64,000 nucleotides of DNA, from contig OX597839.1 of assembly GCA_951406725.2 (NCBI GenBank), positions 12,834,001-12,898,000 on the forward strand, given 5' to 3'. Below are positions 12,364 through 26,500 of the stretch, one piece after another (the stretch's first letter is position 1; each line of letters starts with the position of its first letter). The translations under genes were made by a program, and so were the position numbers. The DNA is from Octopus vulgaris. Lineage: Eukaryota. The notes beneath the pieces are model-generated. The model was not told the DNA's origin, did no database searches, and was given only the letters and a program-made list of their open reading frames with translations.

Positions 12364-15300
12364 GTTAGTTAACTTTTCAAATAAGTTTTAGTTTTAAATA
12401 ACCTCATTCTTTTTGTTAGTTTATATTCTGTGCCTGTTAGATCTCTATCGAATCCTGAAACTTTCTTATCTTAAAATGAACTATCTTAATACTGTACTGC
12501 CAACCAGGAAGTACCAGCACTCCATATAACTTATAACTTTTTGATTTTTTTGGAATTTTCTGAAAATTTTAGTGATCTTGTGTTCTATACATGGGAATTC
12601 ATATGTGTTCTATACACAGGAATTCATATGTGTTCTATACACAGGAATCCAAATGATTATGAAAACTTAATACTGTACTGCCAACCAGGAAGTACCAGCA
12701 CTCCATAAAACCTCTTATAACTTTTTGATTTTTTGGAATTTTCAGAAAATTTTTGTGTGTTTGTGTTCTATACATAGGAATTCTTATGTTTATGAAAACT
12801 AAAACATTAGGTGTGTGCGTTTAAGGCAATATAACTTTATTTTAGCACAGCTCACTAATACCTCATATCTTCCTTGCACTGACATTTATTGATGTTTTTC
12901 AACGTTTTTCTCCCCATAAACACATTTAATGGAATGATGATGCACTCAAGGGTGGTTAATTGCTGGAATTTATTAATAAGAAAAAAAATTGAAAAAGATG
13001 GAACTTTTAGGAGTAGAGTTAAAAAAAATTAAGAAAAGAAAATTTTTTCTATACACAGGAATCCAAATGATTATGAAAACTTAATACTGTACTGCCAACC
13101 AGGAAGTACCAGCACTCCATAAAACCTCTTATAACTTTTTGATTTTTTGGAATTTTCAGAAAATTTTTGTGTGTTTGTGTTCTATACATAGGAATTCTTA
13201 TGTTTATGAAAACTAAAACATTTGGTGTGTGCGTTTAAGGCAATATAACTTTATTTTAGCACAGCTCACTAATACCTCATATCTTCCTTGCACTGACATT
13301 TATTGATGTTTTTCAACGTTTTTCTCCCCATAAACACATTTAATGGAATGATGATGCACTCAAGGGTGGTTAATTGCTGGAATTTATTAATAAGAAAAAA
13401 AATTGAAAAAGATGGAACTTTTAGGAGTAGAGTTAAAAAAAAATTAAGAAAAGAAAATTTTTTCTATACACAGGAATCCAAATGATTATGAAAACTTAAT
13501 ACTGTACTGCCAACCAGGAAGTACCAGCACTCCATAAAACCTCTTATAACTTTTTGATTTTTTGGAATTTTCAGAAAATTTTTGTGTGTTTGTGTTCTAT
13601 ACATAGGAATTCTTATGTTTATGAAAACTAAAACATTTGGTGTGTGCGTTTAAGGCAATATAACTTTATTTTAGCACAGCTCACTAATACCTCATATCTT
13701 CCTTGCACTGACATTTATTGATGTTTTTCAACGTTTTTCTCCCCATAAACACATTTAATGGAATGATGATGCACTCAAGGGTGGTTAATTGCTGGAATTT
13801 ATTAATAAGAAAAAAATTGAAAAAGATGGAACTTTTAGGAGTAGAGTTAAAAAAATAAAGAAAAGAAAATTTTTTCTATACACAGGAATCCAAATGATTA
13901 TGAAAACTTAATACTGTACTGCCAACCAGGAAGTACCAGCACTCCATAAAACCTCTTATAACTTTTTGATTTTTTGGAATTTTCAGAAAATTTTTGTGTG
14001 TTTGTGTTCTATACATAGGAATTCTTATGTTTATGAAAACTAAAACATTTGGTGTGTGCGTTTAAGGCAATATAACTTTATTTTAGCACAGCTCACTAAT
14101 ACCTCATATCTTCCTTGCACTGACATTTATTGATGTTTTTCAACGTTTTTCTCCCCATAAACACATTTAATGGAATGATGATGCACTCAAGGGTGGTTAA
14201 TTGCTGGAATTTATTAATAAGAAAAAAAATTGAAAAAGATGGAACTTTTAGGGGTAGAGTTAAAAAAAATTAAGAAAAGAAAATTTTTTCTATACACAGG
14301 AATCCAAATGATTATGAAAACTTAATACTGTACTGCCAACCAGGAAGTACCAGCACTCCATAAAACCTCTTATAACTTTTTGATTTTTGGAATTTTCAGA
14401 AAATTTTTGTGTGTTTGTGTTCTATACATAGGAATTCTTATGTTTATGAAAACTAAAACATTTGGTGTGTGCGTTTAAGGCAATATAACTTTATTTTAGC
14501 ACAGCTCACTAATACCTCATATCTTCCTTGCACTGACATTTATTGATGTTTTTCAACGTTTTTCTCCCCATAAACACATTTAATGGAATGATGATGCACT
14601 CAAGGGTGGTTAATTGCTGGAATTTATTAATAAGAAAAAAAATTGAAAAAGATGGAACTTTTAGGAGTAGAGTTAAAAAAAATTAAGAAAAGAAAATTTT
14701 TTCTATACACAGGAATCCAAATGATTATGAAAACTTAATACTGTACTGCCAACCAGGAAGTACCAGCACTCCATAAAACCTCTTATAACTTTTTGATTTT
14801 TTGGAATTTTCAGAAAATTTTTGTGTGTTTGTGTTCTATACATAGGAATTCTTATGTTTATGAAAACTAAAACATTTGGTGTGTGCGTTTAAGGCAATAT
14901 AACTTTATTTTAGCACAGCTCACTAATACCTCATATCTTCCTTGCACTGACATTTATTGATGTTTTTCAACGTTTTTCTCCCCATAAACACATTTAATGG
15001 AATGATGATGCACTCAAGGGTGGTTAATTGCTGGAATTTATTAATAAGAAAAAAAATTGAAAAAGATGGAACTTTTAGGAGTAAAGTTAAAAAAAATTAA
15101 GTAAAGAAAATTTTTTCTATACACAGGAATCCAAATGATTATGAAAACTTAATACTGTACTGCCAACCAGGAAGTACCAGCACTCCATAAAACCTCTTAT
15201 AACTTTTTGATTTTTTGGAATTTTCAGAAAATTTTTGTGTGTTTGTGTTCTATACATAGGAATTCTTATGTTTATGAAAACTAAAACATTTGGTGTGTGC

Positions 15301-18300
15301 GTTTAAGGCAATATAACTTTATTTTAGCACAGCTCACTAATACCTCATATCTTCCTTGCACTGACATTTATTGATGTTTTTCAACGTTTTTCTCCCCATA
15401 AACACATTTAATGGAATGATGATGCACTCAAGGGTGGTTAATTGCTGGAATTTATTAATAAGAAAAAAAATTGAAAAAGATGGAACTTTTAGGAGTAGAG
15501 TTAAAAAAAATTAAGAAAAGAAAATTTTTTCTATACACAGGAATCCAAATGATTATGAAAACTTAATACTGTACTGCCAACCAGGAAGTACCAGCACTCC
15601 ATAAAACCTCTTATAACTTTTTGATTTTTTGGAATTTTCAGAAAATTTTTGTGTGTTTGTGTTCTATACATAGGAATTCTTATGTTTATGAAAACTAAAA
15701 CATTTGGTGTGTGCGTTTAAGGCAATATAACTTTATTTTAGCACAGCTCACTAATACCTCATATCTTCCTTGCACTGACATTTATTGATGTTTTTCAACG
15801 TTTTTCTCCCCATAAACACATTTAATGGAATGATGATGCACTCAAGGGTGGTTAATTGCTGGAATTTATTAATAAGAAAAAAAAATTGAAAAAGATGGAA
15901 CTTTTAGGAGTAGAGTTAAAAAAAATTAAGAAAAGAAAATTTTTTCTATACACAGGAATCCAAATGATTATGAAAACTTAATACTGTACTGCCAACCAGG
16001 AAGTACCAGCACTCCATAAAACCTCTTATAACTTTTTGATTTTTTGGAATTTTCAGAAAATTTTTGTGTGTTTGTGTTCTATACATAGGAATTCTTATGT
16101 TTATGAAAACTAAAACATTTGGTGTGTGCGTTTAAGGCAATATAACTTTATTTTAGCACAGCTCACTAATACCTCATATCTTCCTTGCACTGACATTTAT
16201 TGATGTTTTTCAACGTTTTTCTCCCCATAAACACATTTAATGGAATGATGATGCACTCAAGGGTGGTTAATTGCTGGAATTTATTAATAAGAAAAAAAAA
16301 TTGAAAAAGATGGAACTTTTAGGAGTAGAGTTAAAAAAAATTAAGAAAAGAAAATTTTTTCTATACACAGGAATCCAAATGATTATGAAAACTTAATACT
16401 GTACTGCCAACCAGGAAGTACCAGCACTCCATAAAACCTCTTATAACTTTTTGATTTTTTGGAATTTTCAGAAAATTTTTGTGTGTTTGTGTTCTATACA
16501 TAGGAATTCTTATGTTTATGAAAACTAAAACATTTGGTGTGTGCGTTTAAGGCAATATAACTTTATTTTAGCACAGCTCACTAATACCTCATATCTTCCT
16601 TGCACTGACATTTATTGATGTTTTTCAACGTTTTTCTCCCCATAAACACATTTAATGGAATGATGATGCACTCAAGGGTGGTTAATTGCTGGAATTTATT
16701 AATAAGAAAAAAAATTGAAAAAGATGGAACTTTTAGGAGTAGAGTTAAAAAAAATTAAGAAAAGAAAATTTTTTCTATACACAGGAATCCAAATGATTAT
16801 GAAAACTTAATACTGTACTGCCAACCAGGAAGTACCAGCACTCCATAAAACCTCTTATAACTTTTTGATTTTTTGGAATTTTCAGAAAATTTTTGTGTGT
16901 TTGTGTTCTATACATAGGAATTCTTATGTTTATGAAAACTAAAACATTTGGTGTGTGCGTTTAAGGCAATATAACTTTATTTTAGCACAGCTCACTAATA
17001 CCTCATATCTTCCTTGCACTGACATTTATTGATGTTTTTCAACGTTTTTCTCCCCATAAACACATTTAATGGAATGATGATGCACTCAAGGGTGGTTAAT
17101 TGCTGGAATTTATTAATAAGAAAAAAAATTGAAAAAGATGGAACTTTTAGGAGTAGAGTTAAAAAAAATTAAGTAAAGAAAATTTTTTCTATACACAGGA
17201 ATCCAAATGATTATGAAAACTTAATACTGTACTGCCAACCAGGAAGTACCAGCACTCCATAAAACCTCTTATAACTTTTTGATTTTTTGGAATTTTCAGA
17301 AAATTTTTGTGTGTTTGTGTTCTATACATAGGAATTCTTATGTTTATGAAAACTAAAACATTTGGTGTGTGCGTTTAAGGCAATATAACTTTATTTTAGC
17401 ACAGCTCACTAATACCTCATATCTTCCTTGCACTGACATTTATTGATGTTTTTCAACGTTTTTCTCCCCATAAACACATTTAATGGAATGATGATGCACT
17501 CAAGGGTGGTTAATTGCTGGAATTTATTAATAAGAAAAAAAATTGAAAAAGATGGAACTTTTAGGAGTAGAGTTAAAAAAAATTAAGAAAAGAAAATTTT
17601 TTCTATACACAGGAATCCAAATGATTATGAAAACTTAATACTGTACTGCCAACCAGGAAGTACCAGCACTCCATAAAACCTCTTATAACTTTTTGATTTT
17701 TTGGAATTTTCAGAAAATTTTTGTGTGTTTGTGTTCTATACATAGGAATTCTTATGTTTATGAAAACTAAAACATTTGGTGTGTGCGTTTAAGGCAATAT
17801 AACTTTATTTTAGCACAGCTCACTAATACCTCATATCTTCCTTGCACTGACATTTATTGATGTTTTTCAACGTTTTTCTCCCCATAAACACATTTAATGG
17901 AATGATGATGCACTCAAGGGTGGTTAATTGCTGGAATTTATTAATAAGAAAAAAAATTGAAAAAAGATGGAACTTTTAGGAGTAGAGTTAAAAAAAATTA
18001 AGAAAAGAAAATTTTTTCTATACACAGGAATCCAAATGATTATGAAAACTTAATACTGTACTGCCAACCAGGAAGTACCAGCACTCCATAAAACCTCTTA
18101 TAACTTTTTGATTTTTGGAATTTTCAGAAAATTTTTGTGTGTTTGTGTTCTATACATAGGAATTCTTATGTTTATGAAAACTAAAACATTTGGTGTGTGC
18201 GTTTAAGGCAATATAACTTTATTTTAGCACAGCTCACTAATACCTCATATCTTCCTTGCACTGACATTTATTGATGTTTTTCAACGTTTTTCTCCCCATA

Positions 18301-21300
18301 AACACATTTAATGGAATGATGATGCACTCAAGGGTGGTTAATTGCTGGAATTTATTAATAAGAAAAAAAATTGAAAAAGATGGAACTTTTAGGAGTAGAG
18401 TTAAAAAAAATTAAGAAAAGAAAATTTTTCTATACACAGGAATCCAAATGATTATGAAAACTTAATACTGTACTGCCAACCAGGAAGTACCAGCACTCCA
18501 TAAAACCTCTTATAACTTTTTGATTTTTTGGAATTTTCAGAAAATTTTTGTGTGTTTGTGTTCTATACATAGGAATTCTTATGTTTATGAAAACTAAAAC
18601 ATTTGGTGTGTGCGTTTAAGGCAATATAACTTTATTTTAGCACAGCTCACTAATACCTCATATCTTCCTTGCACTGACATTTATTGATGTTTTTCAACGT
18701 TTTTCTCCCCATAAACACATTTAATGGAATGATGATGCACTCAAGGGTGGTTAATTGCTGGAATTTATTAATAAGAAAAAAAATTGAAAAAGATGGAACT
18801 TTTAGGAGTAGAGTTAAAAAAAATTAAGAAAAGAAAATTTTTTCTATACACAGGAATCCAAATGATTATGAAAACTTAATACTGTACTGCCAACCAGGAA
18901 GTACCAGCACTCCATAAAACCTCTTATAACTTTTTGATCTTTTGGAATTTTCAGAAAATTTTTGTGTGTTTGTGTTCTATACATAGGAATTCTTATGTTT
19001 ATGAAAACTAAAACATTTGGTGTGTGCGTTTAAGGCAATATAACTTTATTTTAGCACAGCTCACTAATACCTCATATCTTCCTTGCACTGACATTTATTG
19101 ATGTTTTTCAACGTTTTTCTCCCCATAAACACATTTAATGGAATGATGATGCACTCAAGGGTGGTTAATTGCTGGAATTTATTAATAAGAAAAAAAATTG
19201 AAAAAGATGGAACTTTTAGGAGTAGAGTTAAAAAAAATTAAGAAAAGAAAATTTTTTCTATACACAGGAATCCAAATGATTATGAAAACTTAATACTGTA
19301 CTGCCAACCAGGAAGTACCAGCACTCCATAAAACCTCTTATAACTTTTTGATTTTTGGAATTTTCAGAAAATTTTTGTGTGTTTGTGTTCTATACATAGG
19401 AATTCTTATGTTTATGAAAACTAAAACATTAGGTGTGTGCGTTTAAGGCAATATAACTTTATTTTAGCACAGCTCACTAATACCTCATATCTTCCTTGCA
19501 CTGACATTTATTGATGTTTTTCAACGTTTTTCTCCCCATAAACACATTTAATGGAATGATGATGCACTCAAGGGTGGTTAATTGCTGGAATTTATTAATA
19601 AGAAAAAAAATTGAAAAAGATGGAACTTTTAGGAGTAGAGTTAAAAAAAATTAAGAAAAGAAAATTTTTTCTATACACAGGAATCCAAATGATTATGAAA
19701 ACTTAATACTGTACTGCCAACCAGGAAGTACCAGCACTCCATAAAACCTCTTATAACTTTTTGATTTTTTGGAATTTTCAGAAAATTTTTGTGTGTTTGT
19801 GTTCTATACATAGGAATTCTTATGTTTATGAAAACTAAAACATTTGGTGTGTGCGTTTAAGGCAATATAACTTTATTTTAGCACAGCTCACTAATACCTC
19901 ATATCTTCCTTGCACTGACATTTATTGATGTTTTTCAACGTTTTTCTCCCCATAAACACATTTAATGGAATGATGATGCACTCAAGGGTGGTTAATTGCT
20001 GGAATTTATTAATAAGAAAAAAAATTGAAAAAGATGGAACTTTTAGGAGTAAAGTTAAAAAAAATTAAGTAAAGAAAATTTTTTCTATACACAGGAATCC
20101 AAATGATTATGAAAACTTAATACTGTACTGCCAACCAGGAAGTACCAGCACTCCATAAAACCTCTTATAACTTTTTGATTTTTTGGAATTTTCAGAAAAT
20201 TTTTGTGTGTTTGTGTTCTATACATAGGAATTCTTATGTTTATGAAAACTAAAACATTTGGTGTGTGCGTTTAAGGCAATATAACTTTATTTTAGCACAG
20301 CTCACTAATACCTCATATCTTCCTTGCACTGACATTTATTGATGTTTTTCAACGTTTTTCTCCCCATAAACACATTTAATGGAATGATGATGCACTCAAG
20401 GGTGGTTAATTGCTGGAATTTATTAATAAGAAAAAAAATTGAAAAAGATGGAACTTTTAGGAGTAGAGTTAAAAAAAATTAAGAAAAGAAAATTTTTTCT
20501 ATACACAGGAATCCAAATGATTATGAAAACTTAATACTGTACTGCCAACCAGGAAGTACCAGCACTCCATAAAACCTCTTATAACTTTTTGATTTTTTGG
20601 AATTTTCAGAAAATTTTTGTGTGTTTGTGTTCTATACATAGGAATTCTTATGTTTATGAAAACTAAAACATTTGGTGTGTGCGTTTAAGGCAATATAACT
20701 TTAATTTAGCACAGCTCACTAATACCTCATATCTTCCTTGCACTGACATTTATTGATGTTTTTCAACGTTTTTCTCCCCATAAACACATTTAATGGAATG
20801 ATGATGCACTCAAGGGTGGTTAATTGCTGGAATTTATTAATAAGAAAAAAAATTGAAAAAGATGGAACTTTTAGGAGTAGAGTTAAAAAAAATTAAGAAA
20901 AGAAAATTTTTTCTATACACAGGAATCCAAATGATTATGAAAACTTAATACTGTACTGCCAACCAGGAAGTACCAGCACTCCATAAAACCTCTTATAACT
21001 TTTTGATTTTTTGGAATTTTCAGAAAATTTTTGTGTGTTTGTGTTCTATACATAGGAATTCTTATGTTTATGAAAACTAAAACATTTGGTGTGTGCGTTT
21101 AAGGCAATATAACTTTATTTTAGCACAGCTCACTAATACCTCATATCTTCCTTGCACTGACATTTATTGATGTTTTTCAACGTTTTTCTCCCCATAAACA
21201 CATTTAATGGAATGATGATGCACTCAAGGGTGGTTAATTGCTGGAATTTATTAATAAGAAAAAAAATTGAAAAAGATGGAACTTTTAGGAGTAAAGTTAA

Positions 21301-23466
21301 AAAAAATTAAGAAAAGAAAATTTTTTCTATACACAGGAATCCAAATGATTATGAAAACTTAATACTGTACTGCCAACCAGGAAGTACCAGCACTCCATAA
21401 AACCTCTTATAACTTTTTGATTTTTTGGAATTTTCAGAAAATTTTTGTGTGTTTGTGTTCTATACATAGGAATTCTTATGTTTATGAAAACTAAAACATT
21501 TGGTGTGTGCGTTTAAGGCAATATAACTTTATTTTAGCACAGCTCACTAATACCTCATATCTTCCTTGCACTGACATTTATTGATGTTTTTCAACGTTTT
21601 TCTCCCCATAAACACATTTAATGGAATGATGATGCACTCAAGGGTGGTTAATTGCTGGAATTTATTAATAAGAAAAAAAATTGAAAAAGATGGAACTTTT
21701 AGGAGTAGAGTTAAAAAAAATTAAGAAAAGAAAATTTTTTCTATACACAGGAATCCAAATGATTATGAAAACTTAATACTGTACTGCCAACCAGGAAGTA
21801 CCAGCACTCCATAAAACCTCTTATAACTTTTTGATTTTTTGGAATTTTCAGAAAATTTTTGTGTGTTTGTGTTCTATACATAGGAATTCTTATGTTTATG
21901 AAAACTAAAACATTTGGTGTGTGCGTTTAAGGCAATATAACTTTATTTTAGCACAGCTCACTAATACCTCATATCTTCCTTGCACTGACATTTATTGATG
22001 TTTTTCAACGTTTTTCTCCCCATAAACACATTTAATGGAATGATGATGCACTCAAGGGTGGTTAATTGCTGGAATTTATTAATAAGAAAAAAAATTGAAA
22101 AAGATGGAACTTTTAGGAGTAGAGTTAAAAAAAATTAAGAAAAGAAAATTTTTTCTATACACAGGAATCCAAATGATTATGAAAACTTAATACTGTACTG
22201 CCAACCAGGAAGTACCAGCACTCCATAAAACCTCTTATAACTTTTTGATTTTTTGGAATTTTCAGAAAATTTTTGTGTGTTTGTGTTCTATACATAGGAA
22301 TTCTTATGTTTATGAAAACTAAAACATTTGGTGTGTGCGTTTAAGGCAATATAACTTTATTTTAGCACAGCTCACTAATACCTCATATCTTCCTTGCACT
22401 GACATTTATTGATGTTTTTCAACGTTTTTCTCCCCATAAACACATTTAATGGAATGATGATGCACTCAAGGGTGGTTAATTGCTGGAATTTATTAATAAG
22501 AAAAAAAATTGAAAAAGATGGAACTTTTAGGAGTAAAGTTAAAAAAAATTAAGAAAAGAAAATTTTTTCTATACACAGGAATCCAAATGATTATGAAAAC
22601 TTAATACTGTACTGCCAACCAGGAAGTACCAGCACTCCATAAAACCTCTTATAACTTTTTGATTTTTTGGAATTTTCAGAAAATTTTTGTGTGTTTGTGT
22701 TCTATACATAGGAATTCTTATGTTTATGAAAACTAAAACATTTGGTGTGTGCGTTTAAGGCAATATAACTTTATTTTAGCACAGCTCACTAATACCTCAT
22801 GTCTTCCTTGCATTGATGTTTTTCAACGTTTTTCTCCCCATAAACACATTTAATGGAATGATGATGCACTCAAGGGTGGTTAATTGCTGGAATTTATTAA
22901 TAAGAAAAAAAATTGAAAAAGTTTCAACTTTTAGGAGTAGAGTTAAAAAAAATTAAGAAAAGAAAATTTTTTTACATAATCATATATGGAGGCATGGCTG
23001 TGTGGTGAGAAGCATAGTTCGCAACCACATGGTTCTGGGTTCAGTCCCATTACATGGCACCTCAAGTAAGTGTTTTCTATTATATTCTCAGGCCAACCAA
23101 AGACTCAAGAATGGATTTGGTAGATGGAAACTGAAAGAAGCCCACATATATATGGCTATTTATATACATGTATATATAAATGTAGCCATGTGTGTGTGTC
23201 TTTATGTCTATGATTGTCCACCCGTCATCACTTGACAACTGGTATTGGTGTGATTATGTCACTGTAACTTTGCAGTCCAGCAAAAGTGACTGATAGAATA
23301 AATGCCAGGCTTAAAAATAAGCACTGGAATTGATTTGTGACCCCTTCAAGGTGATACTGTAGTATAGGCTCAATCAAATGACTGAAACAACTAGAAAAAA
23401 TAAGGAACAAATTCATCATTCCATTAAAAGTCCCATCATTATACGTTGGGGCCCACACTGTAAGCA

Positions 23467-23507
<41 letters not shown>

Positions 23508-26500
23508 CAATAAGAAAATGGAGGGGATCAATAGGTGGTTCATCAACTTTTAGACACTATATTATAAATAAAGAAGTTAACATAACACAATGTGATGAAC
23601 CACCTCTTGATCCCCTCTATTTTCTAATTGCTCTATAAATTAATGGTAAAATATCTCTTTACCTTCACCCATTTAGTACACTAGGTAAAGTAATTGCAAT
23701 GCAATAAAAAACACTTGTGTATTAATAATTGGGTATTCTACCAACAGTATATTGGATAAATTTTATCCCTTAGTGGGTTGCATTCATAACCTCTAACTTT
23801 CTTGGAGTTGTGGCACATAAAAAGCACCATCCGATCGTGGCCGTTTGCCAGACTCGTCTGGCACCTGTGCCGGTGGCACGTAAAAAGCACCCACTACACT
23901 CATGGAGTGGTTGGTGTTAGGAAGGGCAACCAGCCGTAGAAACATTGCCAGATCAGACTGGGCCTGGTGCAGCCTTCTGGCTTCCCAGACCCCAGTTGCA
24001 CCGTCCAACCCATGCCAGCATGGAAAGCGGACGCTAAACGATGATGATGATGATGATGATGATATATATTTATATATATAGGGTACAAGTAGGGGCTCAT
24101 CAAGGATCATTCTTCAGCCCCCTCTTGTTTATCATAGTCCTTCAGGCAATAACAAAGGAATTTAGTACAGGCTGCCCCAGGGAGCCATGTTTGAGAAGAC
24201 CTGCCAAGAAAAGTGGAATCGTAGTTATGGCTGATGCTGGTGTCATGTAACAGGCCCCTGTACCAGTGACATGTAAAAAGCACCCTTCACAGAGAGTGTT
24301 AATCTCTAACTGTGGAGGGAGCCTGTGGAAGAGGTTGACTAAGACCTTTTGTGATACACTGTTATTCAGAAAACTGAGACCTTTGGTGATATGCTATGCT
24401 TCAGAAGACCTGTCAAGCCAAATGAAATCATAGCTGTGGCCAATGCCTATTTTTTACATAATGAATTTGCCTACCAATATATATTGTTCTACTTTGCATA
24501 AAACTTTAGCTATATTGGTATTTCTGGCTCTCATTTTTTAAGTATTCTTGTGTGTCAATATTTTAACAAAATGATGGTGCCTTTTCGTAATTAATGTTAC
24601 TTTGTAAATTAAAATCAAATAATTCTTAATATTCAAATTTTAAATAAAAATTTTCTTCTTCTGTACTTTATCAGATGAAATAAGTTGTCCTGGACTTTTC
24701 CAGGTGTAATAACTTGTCCTGTAATTTTCCACATTTATAATCTTAAGAATATTATTTCTCTTGCTCGCATTTTTCCATGTAATCCATGTTTTTTCCAGGC
24801 TATCCTATTATGCTAATTAATAATGTGTCAAATGCATCAATTAGCAGTATTGTTGATAATTCTTGATAATTCTCATCGGAGCATGCTGGCTTCATTTCTT
24901 GCGCGGTTATGCATGTCCTCAGCAGTCACGGCCCATGTTTCACTGCTATGTAGCATGGCTGTTTGTACGCATGCGTCGCACAGTCTACCTTTTACTCTGA
25001 GTAAAAGGCCCTTTGTCACCAGCAGGGGTAAGAGCTCTCTGAACTTAGCTCAGTCTATTCTTATTCTAGTAGCTACACTTTCAACAAACCCTCCCCTGCT
25101 ACTGACTTGGTCACCTAGGTAATGGAAGCTATCAACTACTTCTAGTTTTTCTCCCTGGAATGTAGCAGAAGTTATTCTCTGCACATTTTCAATGTTATTT
25201 ATAGCGCCTGAGCATCTGCCACATACAAAAACTATCCTCCCAGTTAGCCTTCCTCTATATATATATACATACATACATATACATATATACATATATATAT
25301 ATATCTGTAAATGTAATATGTGACAATTATTCAGTAGCCATGATAAAACTCTGAGTTTTGGATGCCGAAGTGGAAACCCACGCCGCCATCTTCTCAGTTA
25401 TATGGCCATCGGAAAAATGCTATGAAAAATGACCATTATACCAAGGGAAATTACTGTGTAATTGACCGTTATTAAGACAAAAGAGCTACTTGAATGACCA
25501 CTAAGTGAGGGAAGGGAGTAAGAGTAAGGGGATAAAAAGTTCATAGTATTCACGTAAGCACACATGTTCATACCTATACATGTGCGCCCACACACCCACG
25601 TGTGTGCACCTAAAAGTATACATTCATCTAAGGTATGTGTAGGTATGAATATGTGGAAAAAATATGTGGCTTATTTAAATTTAAGTGACTTCCCTTCATG
25701 TAAAAGTGGCTCCTTCCATATTTCAACAAATAATGGATAAAATGCTGGTGGACTGTGATTTTAATATATCCTATTCAGATAATATCCTAATAAAAAGTGA
25801 GTGACATAAACAACATAGAAAATATGTTATACTTAGTAGAAGGAAGAAAATGAGTATACAAGAGACACATAAATCAACTAAAAGATTCGTTGAGTGTGAA
25901 CCCAAGAGAATGGAAGAACCAATGGAATGGTTATATGACATTTTTCAAGTGCCAATGCCAATACAAATAACCCAGATGCACAAGAAAAAGAAAATATATA
26001 TAGTTCCAGGAAGTGGATGCCAAACGAAAAATATATTAAACTTGTAACTGTATGGAAAAAACCCCACTTAAGTTGGATGATGTAAAAGTTATTGTTAATA
26101 AAAAGAAATGAAATTACACTCCTTAAGAAAAAAAAACTTAAAATTGAGATGTTATGGGGATAATAATAATAATGGAACACCCCTCCCTTGAGACAAGTGG
26201 TATGTGCTAGTCATTACAAATACTGTGACATAAGAAGTTGGAGAAGTCAATCATAGATAGTCAAGTCTTACTTGTCTAACTAATTATACTGCTATCCCAG
26301 AGTGGATGGTACAACAGTCTGACATTGGATTACAACAGGATCAATAAAATAAGTACCAATTGAACACTGTGGTTGATTTAATCGACTTCGTCCTTTTCCC
26401 AAAACTGATGACCTTATGCCAAAATTTGAAACCAATATAAAGAATAAATTAATTTGATAAATAATATCAGTTCAATTTTACTCTGTAAAACAAAAACTTA

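Larger units (their letters stand above)
765..23803 (+). repeat. Segmental duplication block, near-identical to ~30848-43327 and (from 10983) to 57313-62596, apart from VNTR copy number and insertions
   Basis: Duplicated ORFs in the track at offset ~29-30 kb; shared TE insertions; sharp breakpoint at aacctctaactttctt| (23803/43327). Confidence 0.95.

Noticed and set aside
12665-22975. Regular arrays (414-bp, 159-bp, 23-bp) as CRISPR-like
   Set aside because: Whole units are repeated with no unique spacers, there are no cas genes, and the context is eukaryotic.
24675-24703. Candidate micro-exon (tcag|...cag|gt) in A intron 1
   Set aside because: In the required phase 2 it begins with a TGA stop and would shift the frame.
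25779-25796. Candidate micro-exon (ttcag|...|gtgagt)
   Set aside because: Immediate TAA stop in phase 2; no counterpart seen in paralog B.
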